Notes under the pieces: model-generated
What the model was told of the DNA's origin: nothing
Databases searched by the model: none
The model's input: the letters and a program-made list of their open reading frames with translations, nothing else
From: a virus
Taxonomy: Duplodnaviria; Caudoviricetes
Reading direction: 5' to 3' (one strand)
Length of the DNA: 40,761 nucleotides
Virus record (IMG/VR): IMGVR_UViG_3300006872_000014
Span: 1-40,761 of that record
Position numbers and translations under genes: made by a program
Shown here: one piece after another, positions 25,848-35,349 of the stretch
How positions within the stretch are numbered: position 1 is the first letter of the stretch
How the letters are laid out: every line of letters begins with the position of its first letter

Positions 25848-27734
25848 TCACTGGCTGCGGTCATTGCTTTGAAGAAGAATGTTCGCCTGCGGGCCGGTGC
25901 GGAACGGGATTTGCGGCGGCGGCTCTGCGACTGGCGCGAGCCTTGCTCCGCCGGAACCGAAGAAAACTTCCTCAAGAATGTCGCTCACGCGCTCGGCGCG
26001 CCGTCCGCTCAAGGCGCGATTGAGTTTTCTCGCCGCTTTGCGCGGGAGAGTGGACAACGGATTGTCAACCAGTTCTTCGGCGGCCCTGCCGGTTTTCGAT
26101 TGCGTCGCGCGCTCGAACGCTTCTTTCGCCCTGAGGCGCGGCTCTGTTTGTGATCCCGAAAACGGATCGATGACGCGCGCCTTGAGCGAGCGTTCTTCGG
26201 CCTTCTTGATCGTGTCGATGAAGGCTTGCGCGTCCTGCGGATCATCGAAGAGAACGCGAACCTTTCGCCGGAATGATTCCGTCGCGAAACGTCTCCCCGC
26301 CGTGGCGCCATCCTTAAGATTGTCGATGGCGTCCTCAAGCTGGTTCATGACGCCGACGCGGAGAAATTCCTTCTCGGATTGCGTCATCGCGCCGATGTCG
26401 GAGGCAAGATCGTCTGCCGCATATCCGGGATTGAGGAATTTCTTCCCGAGATTGAGCGCATCGTCGGCGGCGAGCGATCCGGACCAGATGTCGAGACCTT
26501 GCGCATATTCAGGCGACAGGCGGATAAGGCGCGAGCGGAGTTCGTCGCGGGCGATGATGAGCCGGCGCGCTTCCGCTCCCTTTCCGGCGCGCACTCTCGC
26601 GCTCACCATGTCGTCAAGATTTTCCTTTGCGACCTTCAAGACTTCAAACGGTGTGCCGTCTTGGCTGTTGGCGAGTTCGCGCGCCGCTTTCGTCACGGCA
26701 GCCCGAACGGCCGGACGCTCACGGATGAGGTCGTCGACAAAGCCGTCCGGAACCGGCGTCTGCCGCGCAGTTTCGAAAAGAGGGCCTGCCTGCGTCTGGC
26801 GGGCGATTTTCAGCGCCGAGGCCGCCGCGCGGACGGATTGATCGCTCTTTGAAATCGATCCGGCTACGACGCTGCGCACCTCATCAGCCGCCTCTCCCCT
26901 GATCCGCGAGACGAATTCGACCGCCGACGTTGGCCTTTGCGAGGCGATTTCGCGCTGCACGGCCTGCAGGGACGGCCCGGCGAGATCGAACAATTCGTCG
27001 GGATTGGCGCCGTTCTTCATCCAGACGCGCAAGGCGGCTTCCGCCTTGCTGCGCGAGCCGAGATCGTATTCGAGCGCGTCGCGCACGGCGGCGTAAGCGC
27101 GCCTCGCATCCTCCGGCGCTCTGGCGCCGGCCCGTCGCGCGTTGAAAAACTGCGCCGCCTTGTTGCCGATAATGTTGAACGCTGCGCCGGCTCCCGCGCC
27201 GATGGCGGCGCCTATGCCGGCTCCCTTCGCCCTTTCCTTAATCCCGCCGGTCGTCGATCCGGCGCCGTAAAGTCCGCCCTGAATGGCGCCGGTGGCGGCG
27301 GCGGCTACGGGGCCAGCCGCTTTGATGAGCCCTATGCCGCTTCCAAGAGCCCCGCCAGCGACTTCCGAGACGAGAGCCGTCACAGGACGCTCTTTCCTGA
27401 ATTGCTCGCGTCCGGCCCTCTGGAAGTCCTGCAGATCGACGAATTCCTGACCTATCGCCTGCGGGATGGCGCGCAAATCTCCGGTGCGCGCCGCATTGAC
27501 TATTCCCTTGCCGGTTCCGACCGTGGCGGCCAAGAGCCCGGAGGAGATTTCATCGGCGAATTCGAAGGACGCCCCTTGCGCTAGCAAAGTTCCCGGCCCC
27601 GTGGGCGCCGCACCGATCCGCCGGCGGCGAAGCTCGGCTTGCGCCATTTCCGGTGTGATCGCTTGCGGTTGAAGAGCGCGGCGGCGCTCCAGTTCGGCGC
27701 GCGCCATCTCAGGCGTGATTTCACCTGCCGCCAT
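25848..27734 (-). CDS. DNA ejection (internal virion) protein, large
   Basis: 628 aa, Ala/Gly-rich; QGASFEFADEI, GAIQGGLYGAG and GSQT motifs; third gene of the ejection trio. Confidence 0.7.
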   Translation of the reverse strand: MAAGEITPEMARAELERRRALQPQAITPEMAQAELRRRRIGAAPTGPGTLLAQGASFEFADEISSGLLAATVGTGKGIVNAARTGDLRAIPQAIGQEFVDLQDFQRAGREQFRKERPVTALVSEVAGGALGSGIGLIKAAGPVAAAATGAIQGGLYGAGSTTGGIKERAKGAGIGAAIGAGAGAAFNIIGNKAAQFFNARRAGARAPEDARRAYAAVRDALEYDLGSRSKAEAALRVWMKNGANPDELFDLAGPSLQAVQREIASQRPTSAVEFVSRIRGEAADEVRSVVAGSISKSDQSVRAAASALKIARQTQAGPLFETARQTPVPDGFVDDLIRERPAVRAAVTKAARELANSQDGTPFEVLKVAKENLDDMVSARVRAGKGAEARRLIIARDELRSRLIRLSPEYAQGLDIWSGSLAADDALNLGKKFLNPGYAADDLASDIGAMTQSEKEFLRVGVMNQLEDAIDNLKDGATAGRRFATESFRRKVRVLFDDPQDAQAFIDTIKKAEERSLKARVIDPFSGSQTEPRLRAKEAFERATQSKTGRAAEELVDNPLSTLPRKAARKLNRALSGRRAERVSDILEEVFFGSGGARLAPVAEPPPQIPFRTGPQANILLQSNDRSQ

Positions 27735-28776
27735 TGGCGATTGCCTCTAGTTCCGCATCCGAAAAAGATGAAAGATCAGGCGGGCCGGATGGCCCTTGAA
27801 GCGGGATCGGCGCGACGGCCTCCGTCAGCCCCAATTTGGCGTTGATGATGGCGTCAATGTTCCGGATTTTGGCGATCCACGCCTCCGGCCTGTCGGTGCG
27901 TTTCGGGACCATGTCGAGCAAGAGCGCCTGATCGCGATCGGTGAACACGCCCTCGCCGGCGACCCTGAAAATCTGCTTCAACACGGGAGCCGTGGCGGCG
28001 ATGGCGCCTTCCGCCGTCTGCTGGTCAGCGCTGAACGCCGGGAGGCGACCGCGGATCGGTCCGGTTTCGGTTTCCGCCAGCGCCTCGATGAGGCCGTTAC
28101 GGGCCGTGAGCCAGGTATTGAGCGCCTGCTGCTTTTCATTGCCGCCGGCCAGTTTGGCCGTATTGGCCGCTTGCGTCGCATCGAATTGCCGTTGATCCTC
28201 GGCAAAGCGCCTTTCGTCGAGTCCGATCCTCTGCCGGCTGAGATCGACTTCGGCGCTGCGCAAGCCTTCGCCGACGCGATTTGCCCTGCCCGTCTCCGCG
28301 ATGCGCTGGCCTTCGAAGACGTTCTGCTGCTGCTGATTGGGATCGATCGCCGAGCGCGCAAGGCCGGTGAAGCCGTTTGGGACGCCGACGTTCTGATAGA
28401 GGATGGGAAGGTCTTCTTCGTCGAGAACGCCTTGCTCGACAAGGGCTTGGCCGTTGAGGTCGAGATAGGCTTTCTGATGCTGCGGGGAGAGGCTGTCGAG
28501 GAAGGCGGCGCTGTTCTGGATGTATTGGAATTGCGCCTGCTGTTTTTTCGCTTCGGCCTCTGCCTGTGCTGCAGACATGGCGCCGCGCTGTTGGGCGAGC
28601 CCCGCGAAGCCCGGCTCATTCGAGCGCAAGGCGAGTTCTTCCGCCCCTGTGAAATCCCCGCTTTCGAGAAGGTCGGCGAACTTGTTGCGGCGATTGGATT
28701 TGCCGACCGCGCCGCCGAGCAAGACGACATCCGCCGCCTTGCCGAGCCCGCCCACGAGATCGCGAAATGCGTTCAT
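27721..28776 (-). CDS. DNA ejection protein, middle
   Basis: Gln/Ala-rich helical protein with FRVAGEGVFTDRD; positional equivalent of P22 gp20. Confidence 0.65.
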   Translation of the reverse strand: MNAFRDLVGGLGKAADVVLLGGAVGKSNRRNKFADLLESGDFTGAEELALRSNEPGFAGLAQQRGAMSAAQAEAEAKKQQAQFQYIQNSAAFLDSLSPQHQKAYLDLNGQALVEQGVLDEEDLPILYQNVGVPNGFTGLARSAIDPNQQQQNVFEGQRIAETGRANRVGEGLRSAEVDLSRQRIGLDERRFAEDQRQFDATQAANTAKLAGGNEKQQALNTWLTARNGLIEALAETETGPIRGRLPAFSADQQTAEGAIAATAPVLKQIFRVAGEGVFTDRDQALLLDMVPKRTDRPEAWIAKIRNIDAIINAKLGLTEAVAPIPLQGPSGPPDLSSFSDAELEAIANGGR

Positions 28777-29540
28777 TGCGAATAGCGCTCCATGACCTTG
28801 GCGTAATCGACGGTCTTATATCCGGCGCGCACGCCGACCGCTTCGGGAAGGAGCCTTTCGACCTCATCCGCCATGAAGCCGACATCCTCGCCGGAAAGAC
28901 CGAGCGCTTCAGCATCCTCATTCCAGCGCCAGCGATAGACGGCGAGCGGGCCGAATTGATCGATCTTCGAAATGTCGGACTTGAGGCGGCGATCGGAGAA
29001 TCCTGTATAAGCTTGCCCGAAAGCGTTGCCGATGCCGGCGATTTGCCCCAGCGTCCCGAGGAAGCCTTGCCGCGTCGAGGCGATGTTCTGAGCGGTGTTC
29101 AGCGCAGCCTGTCCTTGGCTTCCGAGGATGTTGGCGACCCCCGTCGCGGCGCCGACGCCGAGCCCTGATTGCGACTGGTTGAGCCCGAGATATTGGGAGA
29201 GCGCGTTCTGATAGGAGCGCCGGCGCGCATCCTCGACGGCGTTCAATCGCGCCTGGCTGAAGAGAAGCCCGCCGCTTGAAAGCCCGGCGTCCACCGCGTC
29301 GCGCTCTGTTCGGAAAGCATTCTCTCCGCCCGTGAAGAACGGCGAGGCTTCGAACCGCGCGCGCGCCGCAGCGTTTTGTTCATCCGTGCCGAGCCCCAGA
29401 AAAGCGTTGGCGTTGCCGAACGCCGGCAGCCCGCCCTCGGCATAGGGCTTGATCTGGTTGATCGCTTGGCCTGCGAACTGGTTGAACTGTTCCTGACCGG
29501 CCCTGAGATCGCGCCGTTTCTTTTTTCCGCCGCCGCACAT
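28773..29540 (-). CDS. DNA ejection protein (P22 gp7-like) with a C-terminal peptidase S74-like chaperone domain
   Basis: MCGGG start; PYAEGG and GGLLFS; C-terminal SDRRLKSDI...YRWRW...GFMADEV...PEAV...VDY. Confidence 0.75.
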   Translation of the reverse strand: MCGGGKKKRRDLRAGQEQFNQFAGQAINQIKPYAEGGLPAFGNANAFLGLGTDEQNAAARARFEASPFFTGGENAFRTERDAVDAGLSSGGLLFSQARLNAVEDARRRSYQNALSQYLGLNQSQSGLGVGAATGVANILGSQGQAALNTAQNIASTRQGFLGTLGQIAGIGNAFGQAYTGFSDRRLKSDISKIDQFGPLAVYRWRWNEDAEALGLSGEDVGFMADEVERLLPEAVGVRAGYKTVDYAKVMERYSQ

Positions 29541-29542
29541 TG

Positions 29543-30016
29543 CTAAGCCTCGAATTTCATGACGCACATGCCGTCAATTTCCTCGTCGCCGACAAACCGG
29601 AACCCGCAGAATTCATTGAACCGCCGCGCATCTTCTTTCTGCGGATCGGAGTAGAGGACGATATTTTTGAAAACCCTCTTGCCGAATTGCGCCGCTTTAC
29701 GCACGGTCTTGCAAAGCGTCATCCGCGCACGCTCTGTCTCTTCTGTCGAAAAAAGCCACGCTTGCGCTTTAACGCCGTCTTCCGACCAATAACCGAACAC
29801 ATTGCATGGATTGCCGCTGGGAGCCCTGACAATCCATGCGAACGGAAGCGCCTCTATCGTATTGCGCACGATATGCTCCGCAGGCGTTTCATCCGCCCAT
29901 CTCCTTATCTCAAGAGCGTCGCGGTCGCGGATGTGATCGGCGACGAATAGCGCCGTCTCTGGCGTCGCTTGCTCAGCGACATAGCGCGCATCGTCCGCCG
30001 TCGTCGGGGCGATCAC
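29543..30016 (-). CDS. GNAT-fold virion assembly protein (T7 gp13/DUF2833-like)
   Basis: HIRDRDALEI, AWLFST and RRFNEFCGF; GTGA coupling at 30016. Confidence 0.65.
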   Translation of the reverse strand: MIAPTTADDARYVAEQATPETALFVADHIRDRDALEIRRWADETPAEHIVRNTIEALPFAWIVRAPSGNPCNVFGYWSEDGVKAQAWLFSTEETERARMTLCKTVRKAAQFGKRVFKNIVLYSDPQKEDARRFNEFCGFRFVGDEEIDGMCVMKFEA

Positions 30017-30201
30017 GAGTCGCGAAGCGCCTTGATCTTGTCGAGTTGCGCGAGAAGCCATGCTTCGACTTCGGCGTCTGTTTTAGGCATGTCGGCCTTC
30101 GATTCGAAAGCATGGGCGAGCCCGAACCCGTCAAGCCGCGTCGGCTGATAATTCCCGCTCCCGCCCTCATAGGCGACAAGGCAAATCTTGATGGATTTCA
30201 T
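30013..30201 (-). CDS. Hypothetical 62-aa protein
   Basis: GAGGA RBS; fills the gap in the operon. Confidence 0.6.
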   Translation of the reverse strand: MKSIKICLVAYEGGSGNYQPTRLDGFGLAHAFESKADMPKTDAEVEAWLLAQLDKIKALRDS

Positions 30202-30208
30202 TTCATCC

Positions 30209-30949
30209 TCATGCGTTCAGCGCGTCGATGATTTCGTTGATCTTCGCGCCGAGCGCGTCAAGCGCCGTATTCGTCGTCGCGAAGTCAGTCACGGCGTGCG
30301 CCGTCGAAGCGTCGCTAATGCCGGTCGTTTTCGTCACTTTGCCGCCGACCGCCGTATCGACTTCCGTTTTCGTGTAAGCATTCGTGATGCCGTAACCGGC
30401 GATCGTCGTCGGCGTGCCGGTGAAGTTCGCCCATGCGAGATAAAAAGCTCCCGACTGGCCGTCGAGAAGATCGGCGTCGAGCCCTGAGCCTGATCCGTCC
30501 ACCGTCTTGATGGCGGTGAGAATTTCGGCGGCGGTCTGATCGGCGGTCGCCCCAGCCTCTATGCCGTCGAGCTTCGTTCCGTCAACGGACGGATCGCGCC
30601 CGTCGATGGTGCCGGCGAGGACAATATTGCCGGGAATGTTGAGCCCGGCGAATTGAGGACTTGCAGATGTCCTTATGTCCTGCGCGAGGTCGAGCGTCGC
30701 GGTGTAACCGGGGCCGATGACGCCAGAGACGGTCAATCCCTTGGCTGGGGTCGCGACGGCGACAGCGGCGACATAGGAGCCGGTCGGGATCGCCAGCGTC
30801 ACATCCTCTTCGCCGGTCGGGCCGTAAAAGTTCGTCGTGAAATTTTCGAGAACGAGCCGCATCGCCTCCGTGGCCGCTCCGGTCGTCAAGTCCACGATCG
30901 GCGTTTCGGGCGGAAACAGCGTCATCCTCAGCGAATAATTCCGCGCCAT
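30209..30949 (-). CDS. Tail needle or short fibre protein
   Basis: Fibre motifs KLDGIEAGA, DGSGSGLDADLLDG and PTTIAGYGITNAYTK; follows the gp10-like gene. Confidence 0.7.
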   Translation of the reverse strand: MARNYSLRMTLFPPETPIVDLTTGAATEAMRLVLENFTTNFYGPTGEEDVTLAIPTGSYVAAVAVATPAKGLTVSGVIGPGYTATLDLAQDIRTSASPQFAGLNIPGNIVLAGTIDGRDPSVDGTKLDGIEAGATADQTAAEILTAIKTVDGSGSGLDADLLDGQSGAFYLAWANFTGTPTTIAGYGITNAYTKTEVDTAVGGKVTKTTGISDASTAHAVTDFATTNTALDALGAKINEIIDALNA

Positions 30950-32385
30950 TACGTCACCGGCTCATTGTAGGTGAGGCCGTAAATCGGCCAGCCGACAGCG
31001 GCGGAATAGGCGATCTCGATCTTGGCGACAGGCGGCTGAAACGTGCCTTGAGCGCCGAACACCGCGCGCCAGCGGTATTGCGCATGGGTTCCGATTGGAG
31101 CCGTCGGTTCGTCGCCGAACGTGTGCCCGTCATAGGAAGACCTGAGCATCACTTGCGGATTATCGTCTTCGTCAATCCCCGATGCGTCGAGCCCGACGCC
31201 GGCCTGTCCTTCAATAACGATATTCGAAACCGGAACGCCTTTCGGGTCTTTGATCGCGAGGAAGAACGTCGCCACCCTTCTAACAGTAACCGCATCCTCC
31301 TTGAACACCGACCCGTCGAGCTTGTAGAGCCGCCCGTTCGAGAGCTTCTGGACGTAGAGATTGCCGAACGCCTCGACGAAATAATCGAAGGACCATTCCT
31401 TCATCAATTCGTCGCCGAGATCGCGACGGCGGTGCCAAGTGCCCACTTTGGCGTTGAAGAAGTAGGAGCCTTTACCAGGAATGAAGAGCTTCACGAATTG
31501 ATGGCCGCGCCAGTTATGCGCGGTGAGCCGGACAAGCTCCTTATTGGCGAGGGAAAGCGAATCGATCTGCCTGACTATCCAGTCCTGCGAGATTTCCTCC
31601 GCTCCCGCTCCCGCCCAGCGTCTCAGCGTATTGTCATGGGCGACCCAATAGGCAGCCCCGCCTATCTGGCATCTTGCCCGGTTTCCGATCACGCCATATT
31701 CGAAGACCATCCCCTGCCGCTGAATGAAGGGGATCGTATCGCTGTCTGTGCCGGTCCAGATTTCGGTCTTGCGCGTGCCCTTCGCCAGCAAGTTCCCGCC
31801 GACGACGAGCAACGCCTTGATCTGATCGGGGTCGCGCTCGGCGGTGAAAAAGCCCTGAATCGTGGTGGCGTCGCCCGGCGCGGAATAAAAGACCCGCCCG
31901 GAATTATCCTCCGCATAGAGATGACGGTTGTTTACCACCGCAACGTCGATGATCGCGCCAGAGGCTCCCGCCGCCGTCAGATTGGCGGTGAAATCAGTGA
32001 CCGTCGTTCCGGTGACGGTGTAGACTTTCCCTCCCGAATTCAGCACCGCTTGCGTTTGGGAAAGCCCCCAAGCGGCGGGCTTTGAATCGTTGACGATGGT
32101 TCCGGTGAGCTGCGTCGTAACCCCGGCGGAATCGGTCTTGCGCACCGTCGTCGAATAAACGCCGATGATGGACCCCGAGGCGATGGCGTCGGACTGGAAG
32201 CACCCACGGCCGATCGAGCCTCCGGTATAATCGGAGAAAGCCGTCAGTCCAGGCGTCGGCATCAAGCGCCAGTCCCAGCCGTAGCGCTCGTCCGCCGGCT
32301 CGGCGTACATGTTTTCGAGATGCGAGGACGGCAGGAAGAACGCCTCTTCAACGAGGCAGGACGGATCGACCTGAATGCGGGGCAT
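30949..32385 (-). CDS. Tail hub / packaged-DNA stabilisation protein (P22 gp10-like)
   Basis: ENMYAE, PTPGL, TAERDPD, TEIW and LRSSYDGHTF...G; typical length. Confidence 0.85.
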   Translation of the reverse strand: MPRIQVDPSCLVEEAFFLPSSHLENMYAEPADERYGWDWRLMPTPGLTAFSDYTGGSIGRGCFQSDAIASGSIIGVYSTTVRKTDSAGVTTQLTGTIVNDSKPAAWGLSQTQAVLNSGGKVYTVTGTTVTDFTANLTAAGASGAIIDVAVVNNRHLYAEDNSGRVFYSAPGDATTIQGFFTAERDPDQIKALLVVGGNLLAKGTRKTEIWTGTDSDTIPFIQRQGMVFEYGVIGNRARCQIGGAAYWVAHDNTLRRWAGAGAEEISQDWIVRQIDSLSLANKELVRLTAHNWRGHQFVKLFIPGKGSYFFNAKVGTWHRRRDLGDELMKEWSFDYFVEAFGNLYVQKLSNGRLYKLDGSVFKEDAVTVRRVATFFLAIKDPKGVPVSNIVIEGQAGVGLDASGIDEDDNPQVMLRSSYDGHTFGDEPTAPIGTHAQYRWRAVFGAQGTFQPPVAKIEIAYSAAVGWPIYGLTYNEPVT

Positions 32386-32735
32386 CAGTAATCTAGAAAC
32401 TTGACCGGTTCATCCGAATGATCGCGAGCCCCCGCGACCAGCGTCATGCGGCGCAAGGCGGTCGGCATCTGCGCGCGGTAGTAGTTCGCTCTTTCCTCCG
32501 GAACGAGCCTGCCGGCGGCGTCGCCCGCCACATATTCGGCGAAGCCGGGCGCGGCCCCGTCCGGCGTTTCGTTGATGTCCCAGAACGCGATCCCCATATG
32601 CGCAAGTTCCGCATGACAGGTCTCAAGGCTCGTGAGGATGACGGCGTTTGACGCGCCGTCCGCGCCCTGCCCTGCTGGAGCAAGTTTGAGAATGCGCGCG
32701 GCCATATCGGCGATGTCCGTTTTTGACCGCGCCAT
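32385..32735 (-). CDS. Head-tail adaptor (P22 gp4-like position)
   Basis: 116-aa helical protein immediately upstream of the gp10-like gene. Confidence 0.6.
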   Translation of the reverse strand: MARSKTDIADMAARILKLAPAGQGADGASNAVILTSLETCHAELAHMGIAFWDINETPDGAAPGFAEYVAGDAAGRLVPEERANYYRAQMPTALRRMTLVAGARDHSDEPVKFLDY

Positions 32736-32745
32736 TTCGTCTTCC

Positions 32746-33132
32746 TCAAGCGTCGTTGTTGGGAATGAAGAGGATGACGGCGATCAGGGCGCCGGCGGTC
32801 GCCGCCGTTCCCGATTCCGTCCGCGTCAGTGAAACCGTGACTTCATTCGCGGAATAGAGGTCGTCGGAAGTCGCGAGATCGTCCGCCGATTTCTTGCCGG
32901 CGGAAGCGACGGAAACCGCCGACATGAAGCCGTTCGGATCGGCGTTGGTGCCCATGTCGAGAAGATCGGACACGCTTGAATTGAAAGCGGTCGTGACGAC
33001 GACATAGGCGTCTTGAATGATGGAGCCGGCGGGAAGTGTCGCAATGTCGACCTCCACCCCGGTCGGAAGATCGAGCAGCGCGAACGCCTTGCGGTAGTAG
33101 TGCACCTGTTGCGTGTGCAGTTGGCGAGCCAT
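32746..33132 (-). CDS. Capsid decoration or minor structural protein
   Basis: LPAGSII...VTTAFNS...LDMGT beta-sandwich pattern directly after the MCP. Confidence 0.65.
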   Translation of the reverse strand: MARQLHTQQVHYYRKAFALLDLPTGVEVDIATLPAGSIIQDAYVVVTTAFNSSVSDLLDMGTNADPNGFMSAVSVASAGKKSADDLATSDDLYSANEVTVSLTRTESGTAATAGALIAVILFIPNNDA

Positions 33133-33149
33133 GAAATGATCCTTTCGAG

Positions 33150-33177
33150 AAAAACGGGGAGGCGGTTAAGCCTCCCC
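33150..33177 (-). terminator. Rho-independent terminator after the MCP
   Basis: GGGGAGGC/GCCTCCCC stem followed by GTTTTT on the minus strand. Confidence 0.75.
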
Positions 33178-33185
33178 TATGTGCG

Positions 33186-34331
33186 TCAGAGCGTGGCGAT
33201 GACGGCGTGATAGCCGGTTGCGACGCCGTGATCCTTGAGGTCGCCCGTCTCCGTCGAAGCGTTGGAGCCGAACGTCATTTTCTCGATCGCGTCGATCGTT
33301 TCGATGGCGACGCCGTGCTTGTCGCCATAGTCGAAGTCCTCAGTGACGGACTTCCAGCGCTTGGCGAGACCGTGGGCGATCGCCTGCGCGCCGCAGAGAT
33401 AGACCGGGGCGAGCGGGATGCCGGCGGCGCCCGCCGTCGCCCAATTGGCGATGCTGAGATTGTCGACCTCGTGAACGATCATGCCGTCCCAATAGATGTC
33501 TCCGCCCTGGAAGAGCCGGTTGTTCTCCTCCGTGAGCGTCACATCTTTCTGGGCGTTGGTGATGACCGTATCCGCCTTGATGTCCGCCATCGTGCGCGGA
33601 TTGACGAAGACGACATAATAGCGCCGGTTCTGCGCCGAAACGCGGATCGGACGGATTTTCGGCGAGGCCGCGAGCGCCTTGCGGCGAAGGCGCGATAGAA
33701 ACGCCGCGGCGTCGCCGGCCGAATCCCACCCGCCGTTGGCGACGGTAAGATCGGTCAAGGTGGCGGAGAGGTCGTAAGTTGCGCCGCCGGCCGGCGCGTC
33801 GGTCGCAAGCGCGATCGGAGCCGCAGCCGCGGTGCCGCCGAACATCACGCGATCGGTGTTGTCGTCAAGCCATGCGTCTGCCTGCGTCGCGGTCGCGGAA
33901 GCGTAAGCGACGCCGTTGATGTCGGAAAGCGCGGCGATGATGCGGTTCATCGAACCGACCTCCATCGCCCAATCCATCAAGGTCGCCCGAGCGGCCTTGC
34001 GAAGATCGATCGCGGAATACTGCTCCTCGATCTCGGCGACGCGCACCGCGTTGCGTAGTTTGTCGACCGTCACGGCGAACGAGCGTGACAGCATCGCCTC
34101 TTCGTTGCCCTCCAAGGTCGAGGAGCCGGTGACGCCGGCGCCGGCGAGCTTGTTGACGAGGGCGAAGGTGATTTTCTGATACCTCTTGACGGTATCTTCC
34201 TTCATCTGGATGATCGAGTTCTCATCCGTTCCGAAATAACGCTTGAACGGATTCTCCTGGATGTACTCCATGAAGAAGTCGGCATCCCATTTCTGCACCT
34301 TAAGGCCGGCAGCGGCCACTGAGTTGGTCAT
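33186..34331 (-). CDS. Major capsid protein, N4-gp56/DUF4043-like
   Basis: GVTGSSTLEGNEE, IDLRKAARATL, NRLFQG and LCGAQA...EDFDYG...DHGV. Confidence 0.88.
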   Translation of the reverse strand: MTNSVAAAGLKVQKWDADFFMEYIQENPFKRYFGTDENSIIQMKEDTVKRYQKITFALVNKLAGAGVTGSSTLEGNEEAMLSRSFAVTVDKLRNAVRVAEIEEQYSAIDLRKAARATLMDWAMEVGSMNRIIAALSDINGVAYASATATQADAWLDDNTDRVMFGGTAAAAPIALATDAPAGGATYDLSATLTDLTVANGGWDSAGDAAAFLSRLRRKALAASPKIRPIRVSAQNRRYYVVFVNPRTMADIKADTVITNAQKDVTLTEENNRLFQGGDIYWDGMIVHEVDNLSIANWATAGAAGIPLAPVYLCGAQAIAHGLAKRWKSVTEDFDYGDKHGVAIETIDAIEKMTFGSNASTETGDLKDHGVATGYHAVIATL

Positions 34332-34407
34332 TTGAGGTCTTTCCGGCGGGGACTAGCCCCGCTCTGAGAGGGTCGGCGTCTCGCGACGCTGATTTCCGGT
34401 TGAACGA

Positions 34408-35256
34408 TTACCGAAGCAGGGCTTCGAGGGAAGAATCGGCCGGAACGGACTTGTTGCCGCCCTTGCCGCCCTTGTTGAAGTTGCTCGGCATTGGTTTTTG
34501 CTTCTGCGCGGGGGGCGCTTCCTCGTCCTCGTCGTCGGCCTGCGTTTCCATCGCGGCCTTCAATTCGGCTTCGATCTGCGCCCGGAGGGTCTTTTCGTAA
34601 GCGTCAAGCCCGCCCGCCTCCGCGATCTTGCGTAGATGGTCGGCTTGAAGTTTCTGCGCGTAGGAGAGGCGTTGCTGGTCGTCATGCCATTGGACGATCT
34701 CGCGCACGGGATTGCGCGAATTGTCCGCCGCCTGAATGAGAAGCGGGTTCGTCTTCGCCGCTTCCTGAAAGGCGAGTATGGCCGCATTGACCTTTTCTTC
34801 GCCGAAGGTGACGAGGGCGTTGTCGAGCGAAATCTGGAATTTCAGATTCGAGAGGTCGGCGCTCTGCGTCTGGCGCAAGGCGTCGTGATAGCCCTTTTCG
34901 TCGTCCAAAACGCTCGGGACCTCTTCCGGCGGCTTCTTGATGAAGGTCGACCAGTCCGGCTGCGCCTTTTGCTTCGCCTCCAATTCGGCGAGTCTTTTAT
35001 CCTTGGCGTCAAGCTCGGCCTTGAGCTTGTTCTGGACCTCGAGGAAGGCGGCCAAGGGAACCGATCGCTGTTCGCGCGGCTTCTTGGGCTTTTCCTCTCC
35101 TTCATCGCTCGCCTCGGCCGGTTTTTCCTCAGCCTCGGCGTCCGCCTCGTCTTTCTGCGCCTCATCGGATTCGGCCTCTTCGACCTTCTCTTCGGGCGCT
35201 TCCGGCGTTTTCTCTTCGGGTTCTTCTCCTTGCAGAATGTCGTCAAGTTCGCTCAC
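34408..35256 (-). CDS. Scaffolding protein
   Basis: Acidic N-terminus, VPLAAF..E motif and coiled coil; lies between portal and MCP. Confidence 0.8.
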   Translation of the reverse strand: MSELDDILQGEEPEEKTPEAPEEKVEEAESDEAQKDEADAEAEEKPAEASDEGEEKPKKPREQRSVPLAAFLEVQNKLKAELDAKDKRLAELEAKQKAQPDWSTFIKKPPEEVPSVLDDEKGYHDALRQTQSADLSNLKFQISLDNALVTFGEEKVNAAILAFQEAAKTNPLLIQAADNSRNPVREIVQWHDDQQRLSYAQKLQADHLRKIAEAGGLDAYEKTLRAQIEAELKAAMETQADDEDEEAPPAQKQKPMPSNFNKGGKGGNKSVPADSSLEALLR

Positions 35257-35267
35257 GTTCAGTCCTC

Positions 35268-35346
35268 TGCCCGTTCAAGCCGGCACCGCTTCAACGCCCT
35301 TCATGCGCAGGCGACGCGCCAACGCCCGTTAACCCCGGCGACGGGT
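35268..35346 (-). promoter_or_regulatory. Three tandem mini-pseudoknot units in the scaffold 5' leader
   Basis: ACCC-GT-CGCC-G-GGGT-TAACG-GGCG; GCGC-GT-CGCC-T-GCGC-ATGAAG-GGCG; AAGC-GG-TGCC-G-GCTT-GAACG-GGCA. Confidence 0.6.
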
Positions 35347-35349
35347 AAC

